This document shows, in pieces, positions 38,477-48,859 of a DNA stretch of 64,000 bases. The stretch is from Lachnospiraceae bacterium (GTDB lineage: Bacteria > Bacillota > Clostridia > Lachnospirales > Lachnospiraceae). The DNA is taken from positions 3,175 through 67,174 of the forward strand of contig JAAWKU010000005.1 in the NCBI GenBank assembly GCA_022797535.1, written 5' to 3'. The notes beneath the pieces are model-generated. The model made no database searches and had not been told where the DNA came from. It saw only the letters and a program-made list of their open reading frames with translations. Position numbers and translations under genes: made by a program. Within the stretch, counting starts at the first letter, position 1. Every line of letters starts with the position of its first letter.

Positions 38477-39613
38477 TTATAATCTGACAGAACGGTGAAA
38501 AACCGTTTTCAGCTCCAAATCCTGATCCAGGATCACCACATTGGCATATTTGCCGGGGGTGAGGCTTCCGTATTCGTCATAAATGCCTACCGCCCTGGCG
38601 GGATTCACGGCGGCGCATTTCACTGCGCTGGCCAGAGGGATTCCCATGGTTTTAACGGCGGTGCGCACACAATCCATGAGATTGGTCACAGAGCCGGCGA
38701 TGGTGCCGTCCTCCAGGATGGCCAGATTGCCCCGGACCAGGACTGTCTGCCCTCCCAGGTCATACCGACCGTCTTCCAGGCCGGCGGCCCTCATGCTGTC
38801 GCTGATCATCACGATTCTGTCATCCCCGAATATTTTAAAGGTAGTACGTACCGCCGCCGGATGAATGTGCACGCCGTCGCAGATGAGTTCTACCATGCAG
38901 CGGCTGTCATCGGCGGCGGCTCCGATGGGGCCGGGCGCCCGGTGGCTGAAGGGCATCATTGCGTTGTACATATGGGTCAACTGGGAGGCCCCGCAGGCGA
39001 GCGCTTCCCGGGCAGTGTCATAGTCGGCGGCGGTGTGGGCGATGGAGATGCGCACGCTGCTGCAGGCCTCCCGGATAAAGTCCATGGCTCCCGGCGTCTC
39101 GGGAGCGACTGCCACTGTTCGGACCTGGCCGCCGGCGGCCTCCTGCAGGCGCTCTAACATACCCATGTCTGCCGGCCGGATGTATTTCTCGTTCTGGGCG
39201 CCCTTTTTGGCGGCGCTGATAAAAGGCCCCTCCAGATACAATCCGCAGAGATCCGCGCCCCCTGAATGAGAATAGTCTCTTGCGCTGCGGCAAATCTGCG
39301 TCAATACTTCCTCCGGCATGGTCATGGTAGCGGGAGTGATGGAAGTCACACCCTGGCGCAGTTCGTATTCGGCGATGGTCTGCAGGGCCTCCACGGTGCC
39401 GTCGCAGCAGTCGCTTCCCATACAGCCGTGAAAGTGGATATCGGTAAGTCCGGGGATGACATATCCTCCTGCCGCGTCCGTCAGGGTTTCTTCCCCGGGT
39501 GCTTCCCGGTATGCTTCCTCCGTCACAATCCGTTCGCCTGACATATATACGGATGCCGGCTTGAAAGAGCCCTCCTCCTGAAAGACAAGTCCGTTTATGA
39601 TCTTATGCTTCAT
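38477..39613 (-). CDS. nagA: N-acetylglucosamine-6-phosphate deacetylase
   Basis: PGLTDIHFHG, LEGPFI, IAHTAA, THMYNAM, DGVHIHP, ISDSM, IAGS, NPARAVG. Confidence 0.95.
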   Translation of the reverse strand: MKHKIINGLVFQEEGSFKPASVYMSGERIVTEEAYREAPGEETLTDAAGGYVIPGLTDIHFHGCMGSDCCDGTVEALQTIAEYELRQGVTSITPATMTMPEEVLTQICRSARDYSHSGGADLCGLYLEGPFISAAKKGAQNEKYIRPADMGMLERLQEAAGGQVRTVAVAPETPGAMDFIREACSSVRISIAHTAADYDTAREALACGASQLTHMYNAMMPFSHRAPGPIGAAADDSRCMVELICDGVHIHPAAVRTTFKIFGDDRIVMISDSMRAAGLEDGRYDLGGQTVLVRGNLAILEDGTIAGSVTNLMDCVRTAVKTMGIPLASAVKCAAVNPARAVGIYDEYGSLTPGKYANVVILDQDLELKTVFHRSVRL

Positions 39614-39704
39614 TTTTCAATCCCTTCTGAGTTATCGTTCTGCGTTTTCGTCCGCTTTCCGTTACTTAACAGAAAGCGGACGATGTGTTTTTCCCTGATG
39701 GGTC

Positions 39705-40454
39705 CTACAGTTGGCCGGACAGCGGCAGATCGCACTGAGAGAGCGCCGCCTCGTCGGCCACCAGGACGAAGTCGGGGTGGAACTGCAGAATGGAGGCCGG
39801 GACCTGGGGGGTTACGGGCCCGAAAAAGGCGGTTTTCACGATCTCCGCCTTGTCCTCCCCGGCTACCACCAGCAGGACTTTGCGGGCGGACATAATGGTT
39901 CCGATTCCCATGGTGTATGCCTCGCGGGGCACTTCCTCCTCCGAGTCGAAGAAGCGCCGGTTGGCCTGGATCGTCCGCTCCGACAATGTGACGCAGTGGG
40001 TTTCCTTCTTAAAATGGTCCCCCGGCTCGTTGAATCCGATATGCCCGTTGTGGCCCAGCCCCAGAAGCTGCAGGTCTGCCGGACCCACGGCGCGCAGAAT
40101 CTCGTCGTATTTCCGGCAGGCTGCCTGGCTGTCTGCCTCCATCCCATCGGGAACATAGGTCATGCGCTTGTCTATATTTACCTGGTTGAACAGATTTTCA
40201 TTCATGAAAAAGCGGTAACTCTGGGAATTGTCCGGGGAAATCCCTCTGTATTCGTCCAGGTTGACCGTGGTGACCTGGGAAAAGTCCAAATCCCCTTCCT
40301 GGTTCTGCCGGACAAGCCGGCGGTAGATCCCTATGGGCGTGGAGCCAGTGGCAAGGCCCAACACACAGTCTGGCTTTATGACGATCTGCGCGGAAATCAG
40401 GTTTGCTGCCCTTCGGCTCATGTCGTCATAGTCCTTGGTCCTGTAAATTTTCAT
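39705..40454 (-). CDS. nagB: Glucosamine-6-phosphate deaminase
   Basis: LGLATGSTP, NLDEY, LGLGHNGHIGFNEPG, TMGIGTI, PASILQ.H. Confidence 0.96.
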   Translation of the reverse strand: MKIYRTKDYDDMSRRAANLISAQIVIKPDCVLGLATGSTPIGIYRRLVRQNQEGDLDFSQVTTVNLDEYRGISPDNSQSYRFFMNENLFNQVNIDKRMTYVPDGMEADSQAACRKYDEILRAVGPADLQLLGLGHNGHIGFNEPGDHFKKETHCVTLSERTIQANRRFFDSEEEVPREAYTMGIGTIMSARKVLLVVAGEDKAEIVKTAFFGPVTPQVPASILQFHPDFVLVADEAALSQCDLPLSGQL

Positions 40455-40524
40455 GATTCCTCCCGTTCTGCCGCATGGGCGGCGCTGCTTGATAAATCTC
40501 TATAATAAATGGATAAGCAGATAC

Positions 40525-40639
40525 ATTATACCATACATAGAAGATTCTTTCAATGAGATTGTTAAACATTTTCAAAATTTAAAAATGTGAAAATTATTTT
40601 CAAAAATCTATTGACAAAAGCAATAGCGACTCTTACAAT
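40525..40639. promoter_or_regulatory. Divergent promoters with a palindromic operator
   Basis: Minus: TTGAAA (40553-40548) - 17 bp - TATAAT (40530-40525). Plus: TTGACA (40611) - 17 bp - TACAAT (40634). Palindrome TGAAAAT-T-ATTTTCA at 40588-40602. Confidence 0.75.
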
Positions 40640-40711
40640 AAATTTACAGTAACTTTTACAGGCTAACCAACATGCGATTGAGCCAATCGCGCAAAAAGGA
40701 GGATTTGTTTT

Positions 40712-42079
40712 ATGAAGAAGCGTAAAATCATGGCGTTGGCGTTGAGCTGCCTCATGGTGCTGTCTGTGGCGGCCTGCGGCAAGGACGGGAATCCGGCCAA
40801 TTCCAGCCAGGCTCCCGACAGTACGGGCACGGATGCGGGCACAGGCTCTTCCAGCCAGGAGGTAACTCAGGAGGAAACCCAGGCGGAAACGGAGGGCGCG
40901 CAGGTCACAGATATCACTCTGTGGACCTATCCCATCGGCAACTGGGGAGATTCGGCCACGGTGGACGGCCTGATCGCCAGCTTCAACGCGGTACACCCGG
41001 AGATCAGAGTGACGGTGGAATATCTGGATTACACCAACGGGGATGATCAGGTGAATACTGCCATTGAAGGTAAACAGGCCCCGGATATTGTACTGGAGGG
41101 GCCGGAGCGGCTGGTGGCCAACTGGGGCGCCAAGGGGCTGATGGTAGATCTGGGAGACCTGTGGACGGACGAGGCCAAGGCAGCCATCTATGATTCCGTG
41201 GAGAGCGCCTGCCAGAACAATGACGGCGTATTTTACGAGTATCCTCTGTGCATGACAGCCCACACCATGGCGATCAACAGGGATGTATTCGAGGCGGCGG
41301 GAGCGCTGCAGTATCTGGATGAGGTAAATGGAACCTGGACCACGGAGAATTTTATCAAAGCAGTTCAGGCAGTCTACGACAACGGGCAGGCCAATGTGGG
41401 AGCCGTGTACTGTAACGGACAGGGCGGCGACCAGGGAACCCGGGCGCTGGTCAACAACCTGTATGGAGGAACTTTCACCAATGCGGAGCACACGGAGTAT
41501 ACCGCCAACAGCGAGGAGAATATCAAGGCGCTGCAGCTTCTGCTGGATATGGAAGGGATCAATTATGACGCGTCCATAGTGGGCGGAGATGAGATCAACA
41601 TGTTCTGCAACGGCACGCTGGCCATGGCATTCTGCTGGAATGTGTCTCAGGAGAAGAACAATCTGGACAAGATCGGATTTGACGTGTTGCCCATGGCGTT
41701 CCCCTCAAACGGCGATCCAAAGCTCTGCGGCGGCATCTGGGGATTTGGTATATTCAACAACGGCGACGAGGCGAAGATAGCGGCAGCCAAGACCTTTATC
41801 GACTTCATGGCCAATGACCCGGCTCAGGCAGTGGAGAGCGTAAAAGCCTCCAACTACTGGCCTGTAAAGGATCTGGGCAACATCTATGAAGGGGATGAAT
41901 TGATGACGGAATATGCCAAGTTTGTTCCGTACATGGGTGACTATTACCAGGTGGTAGGCGGCTGGGCGGAAGCCCGCACCGCATGGTGGAATATGCTGCA
42001 GCAGATCGGCGCCGGAACGGAAGTAAAGACTGCCGTGGAAGAATTCGTAACCACAGCAAATCAGGCCGCGGCAAAGTAA
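40712..42079 (+). CDS. Carbohydrate ABC transporter substrate-binding lipoprotein
   Basis: Lipobox VAAC, Ser/Thr/Gln/Glu-rich linker, family-1 SBP features (APDI, DVLPMAFP, GIWGFGIF). Confidence 0.9.
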   Translation: MKKRKIMALALSCLMVLSVAACGKDGNPANSSQAPDSTGTDAGTGSSSQEVTQEETQAETEGAQVTDITLWTYPIGNWGDSATVDGLIASFNAVHPEIRVTVEYLDYTNGDDQVNTAIEGKQAPDIVLEGPERLVANWGAKGLMVDLGDLWTDEAKAAIYDSVESACQNNDGVFYEYPLCMTAHTMAINRDVFEAAGALQYLDEVNGTWTTENFIKAVQAVYDNGQANVGAVYCNGQGGDQGTRALVNNLYGGTFTNAEHTEYTANSEENIKALQLLLDMEGINYDASIVGGDEINMFCNGTLAMAFCWNVSQEKNNLDKIGFDVLPMAFPSNGDPKLCGGIWGFGIFNNGDEAKIAAAKTFIDFMANDPAQAVESVKASNYWPVKDLGNIYEGDELMTEYAKFVPYMGDYYQVVGGWAEARTAWWNMLQQIGAGTEVKTAVEEFVTTANQAAAK

Positions 42080-42120
42080 GATATGCCGGCAAGAGTGAAT
42101 TAAAGCGTTTCATGTGACTC

Positions 42121-42156
42121 GCGACCCTTCCCAAGGATATCTGCGGGAAGGGTCGC
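42121..42156 (+). terminator. Strong hairpin after the SBP gene (partial terminator or mRNA stabiliser)
   Basis: GCGACCCTTCCC / GGGAAGGGTCGC, 12-bp perfect stem. Confidence 0.7.
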
Positions 42157-42360
42157 CTGCATAAGAGATCAGGGGAACAGACTGATTATGAAGGAATCAC
42201 AGTCAGTTCAGCAGGAAGAAAAAAACAATTACCTGATCGACACTGTGTTCAATATTTATCATGGGCATTAATAAACCGATTGACCAAAATCAGCGCCTGT
42301 TTCGTTGCCAGGGTGCTGTGTAACTTGAACCATAAACATATTATACGAGGAGGAATCCTT

Positions 42361-43263
42361 ATGACAGCAGTAAATAAGAATCCCATGAGCAGGGCTTTGG
42401 TGCGCAGGGAAACGGTTGCGGGATATGCCTTCATGCTTCCCAGCCTGATATTCTTCCTGGGGTTTGTCATTTATCCCATGGTACAGTGCGTCTATACCAG
42501 CTTTTTTGACGCAACCATGAACCGCGAGGACATTTTTATCGGCCTGGCCAACTATAAGGAACTGTTTCAGGATAAGGTTTTCCTGGGCGCGCTGAAGAAC
42601 ACGGTGTTGATTGTGGTGGTCTCCGTTCCTGTGGTCTGTGCCTTTTCCCTTTGGGTAAGCTCTGTGATCTACAATCTGAGGGGCCCTGTGTGCTCCGCAT
42701 TCAGGTGCATTTTCTATCTGCCGGTGGTGACTGGATCCGTGGCTGTGACGGTGGTGTGGAAATGGATGTTCAACAACTATTACGGCATCTTTAATTATCT
42801 GGGGACCAGCACGGGACTTCTGGAGAAAAATATCAACTGGCTGGGGGACGAGAAATACGCAATCTGGTGTATCATACTGATCCTGCTGACCACCTCGGTG
42901 GGGCAGCCCATCGTGCTGTATGTGTCGGCGCTGAACAATGTGGACCAGTCCCTGGTGGAGGCGGCGGAAGTGGATGGAGCCGCCAGATTCCAGTGCTTTT
43001 GGAAGGTCAAATGGCCCCAGATCATGCCTACTACACTGTACATACTGGTGATCACCACCATCAACAGTTTCCAGTGCTTCGCGCTGATTCAGCTGCTCAC
43101 CAGCGGCGGACCAAATCACAGCACGGACACAATTATGTACTATATCTACTACAATGCCTTTAAACTGTACCGCTATGGATATGGAAACGCAATGGGCGTG
43201 GTGCTGGCCATCATCATCGCCGTGCTTTCCGCCCTGCAGTTCAAGATGGCGGAGAAAAAATAG
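42361..43263 (+). CDS. Carbohydrate ABC transporter permease
   Basis: GYAFMLPS, IFYLP, EAAEVDGA EAA loop; ATG after GGAGG. Confidence 0.92.
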   Translation: MTAVNKNPMSRALVRRETVAGYAFMLPSLIFFLGFVIYPMVQCVYTSFFDATMNREDIFIGLANYKELFQDKVFLGALKNTVLIVVVSVPVVCAFSLWVSSVIYNLRGPVCSAFRCIFYLPVVTGSVAVTVVWKWMFNNYYGIFNYLGTSTGLLEKNINWLGDEKYAIWCIILILLTTSVGQPIVLYVSALNNVDQSLVEAAEVDGAARFQCFWKVKWPQIMPTTLYILVITTINSFQCFALIQLLTSGGPNHSTDTIMYYIYYNAFKLYRYGYGNAMGVVLAIIIAVLSALQFKMAEKK

Positions 43264-43280
43264 GGAGGAGGGAATAAGCT

Positions 43281-44186
43281 ATGAAACATAGGAAATTTAA
43301 TCGATCGGTCTGTTACAAGATCGTGTCCGTGGCCATCATTGCGGTTCTTGCGTTTACATTCGCGTTCCCCCTGTATTGGATCATCACGGGTTCCTTTAAG
43401 ACTTCTGCCGCCATCAATGCCACAACGCCGCAGTGGTGGCCCCAGGAGTGGGTGTTGGACAATTACAGGAAGCTCTTCAGCAGGCAGGTGGCCGCGCTCT
43501 GGGAGATCCAGATTCCGTTTACGGACATTCATTTCTCAGGGCCCGATGTCCCCGCGGCGGTCAGATGGCTGCTCAACACCGTATTCATGGCGGTGGCCTC
43601 CATGCTGCTCACCTGCGTCACAGCTGCGATGGCAGGCTATGCGCTGGCCAAGAAACGATTTGTGGGCCGTACCGTTGTGTTTTCCCTGATCGTCTGCGCC
43701 ATGGCGCTGCCGAAGCAGGTGATCCTGGTTCCGCTGCTGCGGGAGATGGCGGCGCTGGAACTGTATAACACCATATGGGCGGTGATTTTCCCCATTGTGG
43801 GTTGGCCTTTTGGCGTATTCTTAATGAAGCAATTTTCGGAGGGGATTCCCGGGGAAATGATGGAGGCCGCCAAGATCGACGGCGCAGGGGAATGGAAAAC
43901 CTTTTATACCATTGCGCTGCCGCTTATAAAGCCGGGTATCGGGGCGCTGGCTATCTTTACCTTTATCAATTCGTGGAACGACTATTTTATGCAGCTGATT
44001 ATGCTGACCAGCACCAGAAACCTGACCATTTCGCTGGGCATTGCCAAACTGCAGGCGGAAAATGCCATGGACTTTGGCCTGATCATGGCGGGCGCGTCGC
44101 TGGCGGCGGTTCCCATTATCATTATCTTTCTGATCTTCCAGAAGTACTTTACCAAGGGGATCACCATGGGAGCCGTAAAGGGCTGA
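43281..44186 (+). CDS. Carbohydrate ABC transporter permease
   Basis: FPLYW, AGYALAK, EAAKIDGA, WNDYF, ITMGAVKG end. Confidence 0.92.
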   Translation: MKHRKFNRSVCYKIVSVAIIAVLAFTFAFPLYWIITGSFKTSAAINATTPQWWPQEWVLDNYRKLFSRQVAALWEIQIPFTDIHFSGPDVPAAVRWLLNTVFMAVASMLLTCVTAAMAGYALAKKRFVGRTVVFSLIVCAMALPKQVILVPLLREMAALELYNTIWAVIFPIVGWPFGVFLMKQFSEGIPGEMMEAAKIDGAGEWKTFYTIALPLIKPGIGALAIFTFINSWNDYFMQLIMLTSTRNLTISLGIAKLQAENAMDFGLIMAGASLAAVPIIIIFLIFQKYFTKGITMGAVKG

Positions 44187-44356
44187 TATATGCCAGCGGG
44201 TAAGGGCGGCGGCATCGTTGACTGGCGACAGCCCAGTCCGATGAGAACTCAGGCAGGGAGATTTGCCTGCATATAATGTAGACAATATACTGGGCCGTAC
44301 AGGGGAATCAAGTCAGACGCGTGATTCATATAGAAAGGTGTAAAAGGGTGGAATCT

Positions 44357-44833
44357 ATGATATATGCGGAAATAAAGGACATGGAGCGCTACCGGGGGCT
44401 GGGGGCCTGTATGGACAAAGCCGTGGAATATCTGCGCAGCCATCCCCTGGACGGCCTGGAGCCGGGGCACTACGAAATAGACGGGAACCGGGTTTACATG
44501 AATGTGTTCGACTATGAGACCATAGAGGAGGAGGGGGCCTTCTTTGAGGCCCACGAGAAATATGCGGATATCCATATGGTCATAGTGGGACAGGAAGTGG
44601 TGGGAGTTTCTGATCTGTCTAAGGTGACGGTGAGGCAGTTTGACAGGAAGGCGGATCTGCTGGAAGTGGAAGGTCCGGTGGAGCATTACATACATCTGAT
44701 TCCGGGGAAGGCTCTGGTCACTCTGCCAGAGGATGCCCATAAAGTGAAATTGGCGGCGGGGGCGCCCGCCCCGGTGAGGAAAGCGGTTCTAAAGGTTAAT
44801 ATGGAGCATATTACGGAATATGCGGGACTCTAA
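44357..44833 (+). CDS. YhcH/YjgK/YiaL-family protein (NanQ-like)
   Basis: GHYEIDG, FEAHEKYADIH, FLP-like LPEDAH..VRKAVLKV; lies in a nan cluster. Confidence 0.85.
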   Translation: MIYAEIKDMERYRGLGACMDKAVEYLRSHPLDGLEPGHYEIDGNRVYMNVFDYETIEEEGAFFEAHEKYADIHMVIVGQEVVGVSDLSKVTVRQFDRKADLLEVEGPVEHYIHLIPGKALVTLPEDAHKVKLAAGAPAPVRKAVLKVNMEHITEYAGL

Positions 44834-44849
44834 CAGGAGGTTGATAGAT

Positions 44850-45776
44850 ATGGGAGATATCAGTAAATATCAGGGGATTATCCCGGCATTTTACGCGTGT
44901 TACAACGATAAGGGCGAAGTGGACGGGCAGCGGGTGGAATTGCTTACAAGGTATTTCATCAGGAAGGGTGTGAAGGGCGTATATGTGGGAGGTTCCTCGG
45001 GAGAGTGCATCTATCAGACCGTGGAGGACAGGAAGCGCACGCTGGAGCATGTGATGCGGGCGGCGGAGGGCAGGCTGACGGTGATTGCCCATGTGGCCTG
45101 CAACAATACGGCGGAGAGCAGGGAACTTGCCTCCCATGCCCAGAGCCTGGGCGTGGACGCCATAGCCGCCATTCCCCCCATCTATTTTCATCTGCCGGAA
45201 TATGCCATTGCGGAATATTGGAATGATATTTCCAATGCGGCTTCGGATACGGATTTTATTATCTACAATATCCCCCAGCTTGCGGGGGTGGCCCTGACGG
45301 TTCCGCTGTTCCGGGAAATGCGCAAAAATCCCAGGGTCGTTGCGGTCAAGAACAGTTCCATGCCCACCCAGGACATCCAGATGTTTAAGGCGGAAGGCGG
45401 GGAAGGCTTTGCCGTTCTCAACGGACCGGACGAGCAGCTGGTGGCGGGGCTTGCCATCGGGGCCGATGGCGGGATCGGGGGTACCTATGGAGTCATGCCG
45501 GAAGTCTATCTGAAGATCAAGGAACTGGTGGGCGCAGGAAAGATGAAGGCGGCCCTGGAAGCGCAGTACGCGGCTAACCAGGTGATCTACGGCATGTGCG
45601 CCTGCCATGGAAATCTGTATGCCGTGATCAAGGAGATTCTGCGGATCCGGGAGGGACTGGATATCGGAAGCATCCGCAAACCGCTGCCCGCGCTGATCCC
45701 GGAAGATATGGAACAGGTGCGGAAGTGTGCGAAACTGGTGGACGAGACCGTGGCTTTGGCGGAAAGGCTCGCCTGA
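44850..45776 (+). CDS. nanA: N-acetylneuraminate lyase (DHDPS family)
   Basis: YVGGSSGE, AIPPIYF, YNIPQL, VAVKNSS Schiff-base Lys, GIGGTY; genomic context. Confidence 0.85.
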   Translation: MGDISKYQGIIPAFYACYNDKGEVDGQRVELLTRYFIRKGVKGVYVGGSSGECIYQTVEDRKRTLEHVMRAAEGRLTVIAHVACNNTAESRELASHAQSLGVDAIAAIPPIYFHLPEYAIAEYWNDISNAASDTDFIIYNIPQLAGVALTVPLFREMRKNPRVVAVKNSSMPTQDIQMFKAEGGEGFAVLNGPDEQLVAGLAIGADGGIGGTYGVMPEVYLKIKELVGAGKMKAALEAQYAANQVIYGMCACHGNLYAVIKEILRIREGLDIGSIRKPLPALIPEDMEQVRKCAKLVDETVALAERLA

Positions 45777-45799
45777 ACGGATGGAAGGAGGAACTTTTC

Positions 45800-46516
45800 A
45801 TGAAGAAAGAAGAGTTGTTCGAGCGGATCAAAGGGCAGGTGATCGTGTCCTGTCAGGCGGTTCCGGGGGAACCTTTGTACGTGGAGGAGAAATCCATTAT
45901 GTATCTGATGGCGCGGGCAGCCAGGCAGGCGGGCGCCCCGGCCATACGCACCAGCAGCATCCGGGATGTGGTTGCCATCCGGGAGGAGACAGGGCTTCCC
46001 GTGATCGGGCTGGTCAAGATACAATACGAGGGCTTTGAAAGCTATATTACTCCCACCATGAAAGAGGTGGATGAGCTGGCGGCAGCAGGGGCGGAAGTGA
46101 TCGCCCTGGACTGCACCCATCGGAAACGGGGAGACGGGAAGGACATTCGGGAATTCATCACCCAGGTGCGGGAGAAATATCCCCAGGCCATTTTAATGGC
46201 GGATATATCCACCTATGAGGAAGGCGTCACCGCATGGGAACTGGGGATGGATCTGGTGGGCACCACCATGAGCGGCTACACCCCGTATTCGCCCAGGCTG
46301 GAGGGGCCGGATTATGAACTGGTGAAAAGGCTGTCTGCCACTCTGGATATCCCTGTGATCGGGGAAGGACGCATCCACAGCCCGGAGCAGGCGGTGGCCG
46401 TATTGGAGGCAGGCGCTTTCGCTGTGGTGGTGGGAGGGGCTATCACAAGACCTCTGGAGATCGCCGGGAGATTTATAAAAGCGGTTTCCAGCCGAAAAGA
46501 GGAACAGGGATCGTAA
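45800..46516 (+). CDS. nanE: N-acetylmannosamine-6-phosphate 2-epimerase
   Basis: IVSCQA, VIGLVK, YITPT, MADIST, GTTMSGYT, IGEGRIHSP, VVGGAITRP. Confidence 0.95.
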   Translation: MKKEELFERIKGQVIVSCQAVPGEPLYVEEKSIMYLMARAARQAGAPAIRTSSIRDVVAIREETGLPVIGLVKIQYEGFESYITPTMKEVDELAAAGAEVIALDCTHRKRGDGKDIREFITQVREKYPQAILMADISTYEEGVTAWELGMDLVGTTMSGYTPYSPRLEGPDYELVKRLSATLDIPVIGEGRIHSPEQAVAVLEAGAFAVVVGGAITRPLEIAGRFIKAVSSRKEEQGS

Positions 46517-46646
46517 CGTTGGCGGAAGCCGGCAGGCATGGGATGACCTGCCGGAGCCCGCAGGAAAGAAAAGGCAGGCCAGGACCTGAGGCCGGCAGGA
46601 ATGGGACGGCACATCGAGGCCCGTAGTGGGCAGGGGAAATAAGCGC

Positions 46647-47288
46647 ATGAAGAGACAGATTGTATGCTTTGGAGATTCCAACACTCATGGTTACTGCGCC
46701 CAGACAGGGGGCAGATTTGATGAAGGACAGAGATGGTGCTGCCTGGTTCAGGAAAAACTGGGAGAGGACTATCATGTGATAGAGGAAGGCCTGAGCGGGC
46801 GCACCACCTGCTTTCCGGACCCTCTCTATGAAGGTTTGTCCGGCCTTGCCTATCTCTCTCCCTGCCTGATGAGTCATGAGCCGGTGGACTTGCTGGTGAT
46901 TATGCTGGGGACAAACGACACCAAGGAGAGATTCGGGGCCTCCGCCGCCTGCATCGGGCTGGGACTGAAACGGCTGGTCGACAAAGCCAGGGCCACTACG
47001 GAATGTTGGCGGAACGGGAAAGCAAATATTCTGGTAGTAACGCCTCAGAACATAGACAGGCGCTATCTGGAAACGGAGGTTGCGGCCACCATGGGGCGTG
47101 GCTGCGCAGAAAAATCGGAGGGACTGGGGGCGGAATTTGCCAGGGTGGCGGAGCTGTGCGGCTGTCATTACCTGGATGCCAACCAGGTCCTCACGGCGCC
47201 GCCCAACCACATAGACTATATGCACCTGACCCTGGAGGGGCACAGGCAGCTGGCGGAGGCTCTGGCGGAGAAGATCAGGGGCCTTTAA
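46647..47288 (+). CDS. SGNH/GDSL hydrolase, possible carbohydrate O-acetylesterase
   Basis: FGDSNT, EEGLSGRT, MLGTND, DYMH catalytic DxxH. Confidence 0.85.
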   Translation: MKRQIVCFGDSNTHGYCAQTGGRFDEGQRWCCLVQEKLGEDYHVIEEGLSGRTTCFPDPLYEGLSGLAYLSPCLMSHEPVDLLVIMLGTNDTKERFGASAACIGLGLKRLVDKARATTECWRNGKANILVVTPQNIDRRYLETEVAATMGRGCAEKSEGLGAEFARVAELCGCHYLDANQVLTAPPNHIDYMHLTLEGHRQLAEALAEKIRGL

Positions 47289-47547
47289 ATGCGGGCATTG
47301 CCCCTCCGGGGAAAAGGAGTAACTTTCCTGTGTATTTAAAAATGCTCTGGAAATGTGGATTATGCTGTGGTAAAATATGCTTTAACAAAATATGCTGTAG
47401 TAAAATAAGACAGAAAAGATAAAATAGAAAAACTGAGATAAAGACTCCCTTTTCGGAATTATATACCCATTGGAAAATGATTTTATATCTATATTTAAGC
47501 GAGAATTTATTTAAACCAGAATCTATCTAAGCCAGAATTTTTGAAGG

Positions 47548-47988
47548 ATGAAAATAATGAGAAATACGGATATTCTTGTTAATCTTCTCATTGCAGATAT
47601 AGAAAATAAGGCGATTCTCGAAGTCGCCTGTGGGGCGGCTGATTTTTCTCTTTCTGCATCTGCCTATGCCGATAGCGTTTATTCCATTGATTTAGATGCA
47701 GGAAGGCTAAACGGCAGGCATGCGGAAAATCTGCATTTTCAAATCATGGATGCATCCAACATGGATTATGCAGATGATACATTTGATACAGTTGTTTTAT
47801 ATAATGCGTTTGCTCATATTCAGTCTCAATGGATTGAAATTGAACGGGAATGTAAACGAGTGTTAAAAGCAGAGGGCGTTATTTATATTGTCGGGACATG
47901 GAAATTGGATGTACATATGATGATGGATCTTTTTGGCGATAAAGCAAAATGGCAAAATCAATTTTTGATTGTTAAAATAACAAAATAA
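47548..47988 (+). CDS. Small class I SAM-dependent methyltransferase
   Basis: ILEVACGAADF, IDL, MDASNM, FDTVV motifs; visibly AT-rich. Confidence 0.75.
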   Translation: MKIMRNTDILVNLLIADIENKAILEVACGAADFSLSASAYADSVYSIDLDAGRLNGRHAENLHFQIMDASNMDYADDTFDTVVLYNAFAHIQSQWIEIERECKRVLKAEGVIYIVGTWKLDVHMMMDLFGDKAKWQNQFLIVKITK

Positions 47989-48173
47989 GAGTGATTCTTT
48001 GGGTATACTTTTCCGAAAAGGGAGAATAAAAAACGGAAATATAAAAACGGAGATAAAAAAATTAAAATAAGAATTATTGAAATATTAAAACCGAAATAAA
48101 AAACGGAAGCAGAAGATCAAAATAGATAGACACAGAAGAAAAATACACAGGCAGCAGAAAGGACTCCCACATT

Positions 48174-48725
48174 ATGGAATGCAAAGAGAATGAAGATTTT
48201 GCAGAGGAGGAAAAAGGGCTGGACGGGCGTTTCCTGTTTCGGAATATTCTCCCGGAGGAAGCTGGGCAGGCGGCCGGGATCGAGGAAATCTGTTTCCCGC
48301 CCAATGAGGCGTGCAGCCAACAGATGATGCGGGAGAGAGTGGCTAAGGCCCCGGAACTGTTCCTGGTGGCGGTGGATCGGCAAAACGGGAAAATCGCAGG
48401 ATTTCTCAACGGCTTGTCCACGGACGAGGACATTTTCCGGGACGAATTTTTCACAGATGCGGAATTGTATAACCCGGCGGGCAGAAACGTGATGCTTCTT
48501 GGGCTGGATGTGCTTCCGGAGTACCGAGGGCAGGGCCTGGCCAGGGAGATTGTGTCCCGATATCAGGCCAGGGAACGTGAGAAAGGCAGAAAGACCCTTT
48601 TCCTCACCTGTCTGGAGTCCAAGGTAGGTATGTATGAAAGGATGGGGTTCCGGGACAGGGGTATAGCGCAGTCCTCCTGGGGCGGCGAGCAGTGGCATGA
48701 GATGGACTGCCGGCTCAACTTCTGA
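48174..48725 (+). CDS. GNAT-family acetyltransferase
   Basis: LGLDVLPEYRGQGLA acetyl-CoA motif, LTC, YERMGF. Confidence 0.88.
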   Translation: MECKENEDFAEEEKGLDGRFLFRNILPEEAGQAAGIEEICFPPNEACSQQMMRERVAKAPELFLVAVDRQNGKIAGFLNGLSTDEDIFRDEFFTDAELYNPAGRNVMLLGLDVLPEYRGQGLAREIVSRYQAREREKGRKTLFLTCLESKVGMYERMGFRDRGIAQSSWGGEQWHEMDCRLNF

Positions 48726-48859
48726 GGGAAAACGGTCTTGGATTTTAGTTCCTTACAAAAACGGGTAAAGGGGCTGGCGGAAGCCGGGCGGCAAAAAAGC
48801 CGCGGGTGGCCGCCGCTTTTTCGATGTCCAAAAAACTGCCCGATTTATTGCTTGTTATG

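Noticed and set aside
46528-46610. Imperfect 20-bp direct repeats between nanE and the SGNH gene
   Set aside because: Only two short diverged copies in a GC-rich spacer; no supporting structure.
47830-47840. TGGATTGAAAT, identical to the last 11 nt of the CRISPR repeat
   Set aside because: Lies inside the methyltransferase CDS (Trp-Ile-Glu-Ile codons) with no upstream hairpin; a single 11-mer match is plausible by chance.
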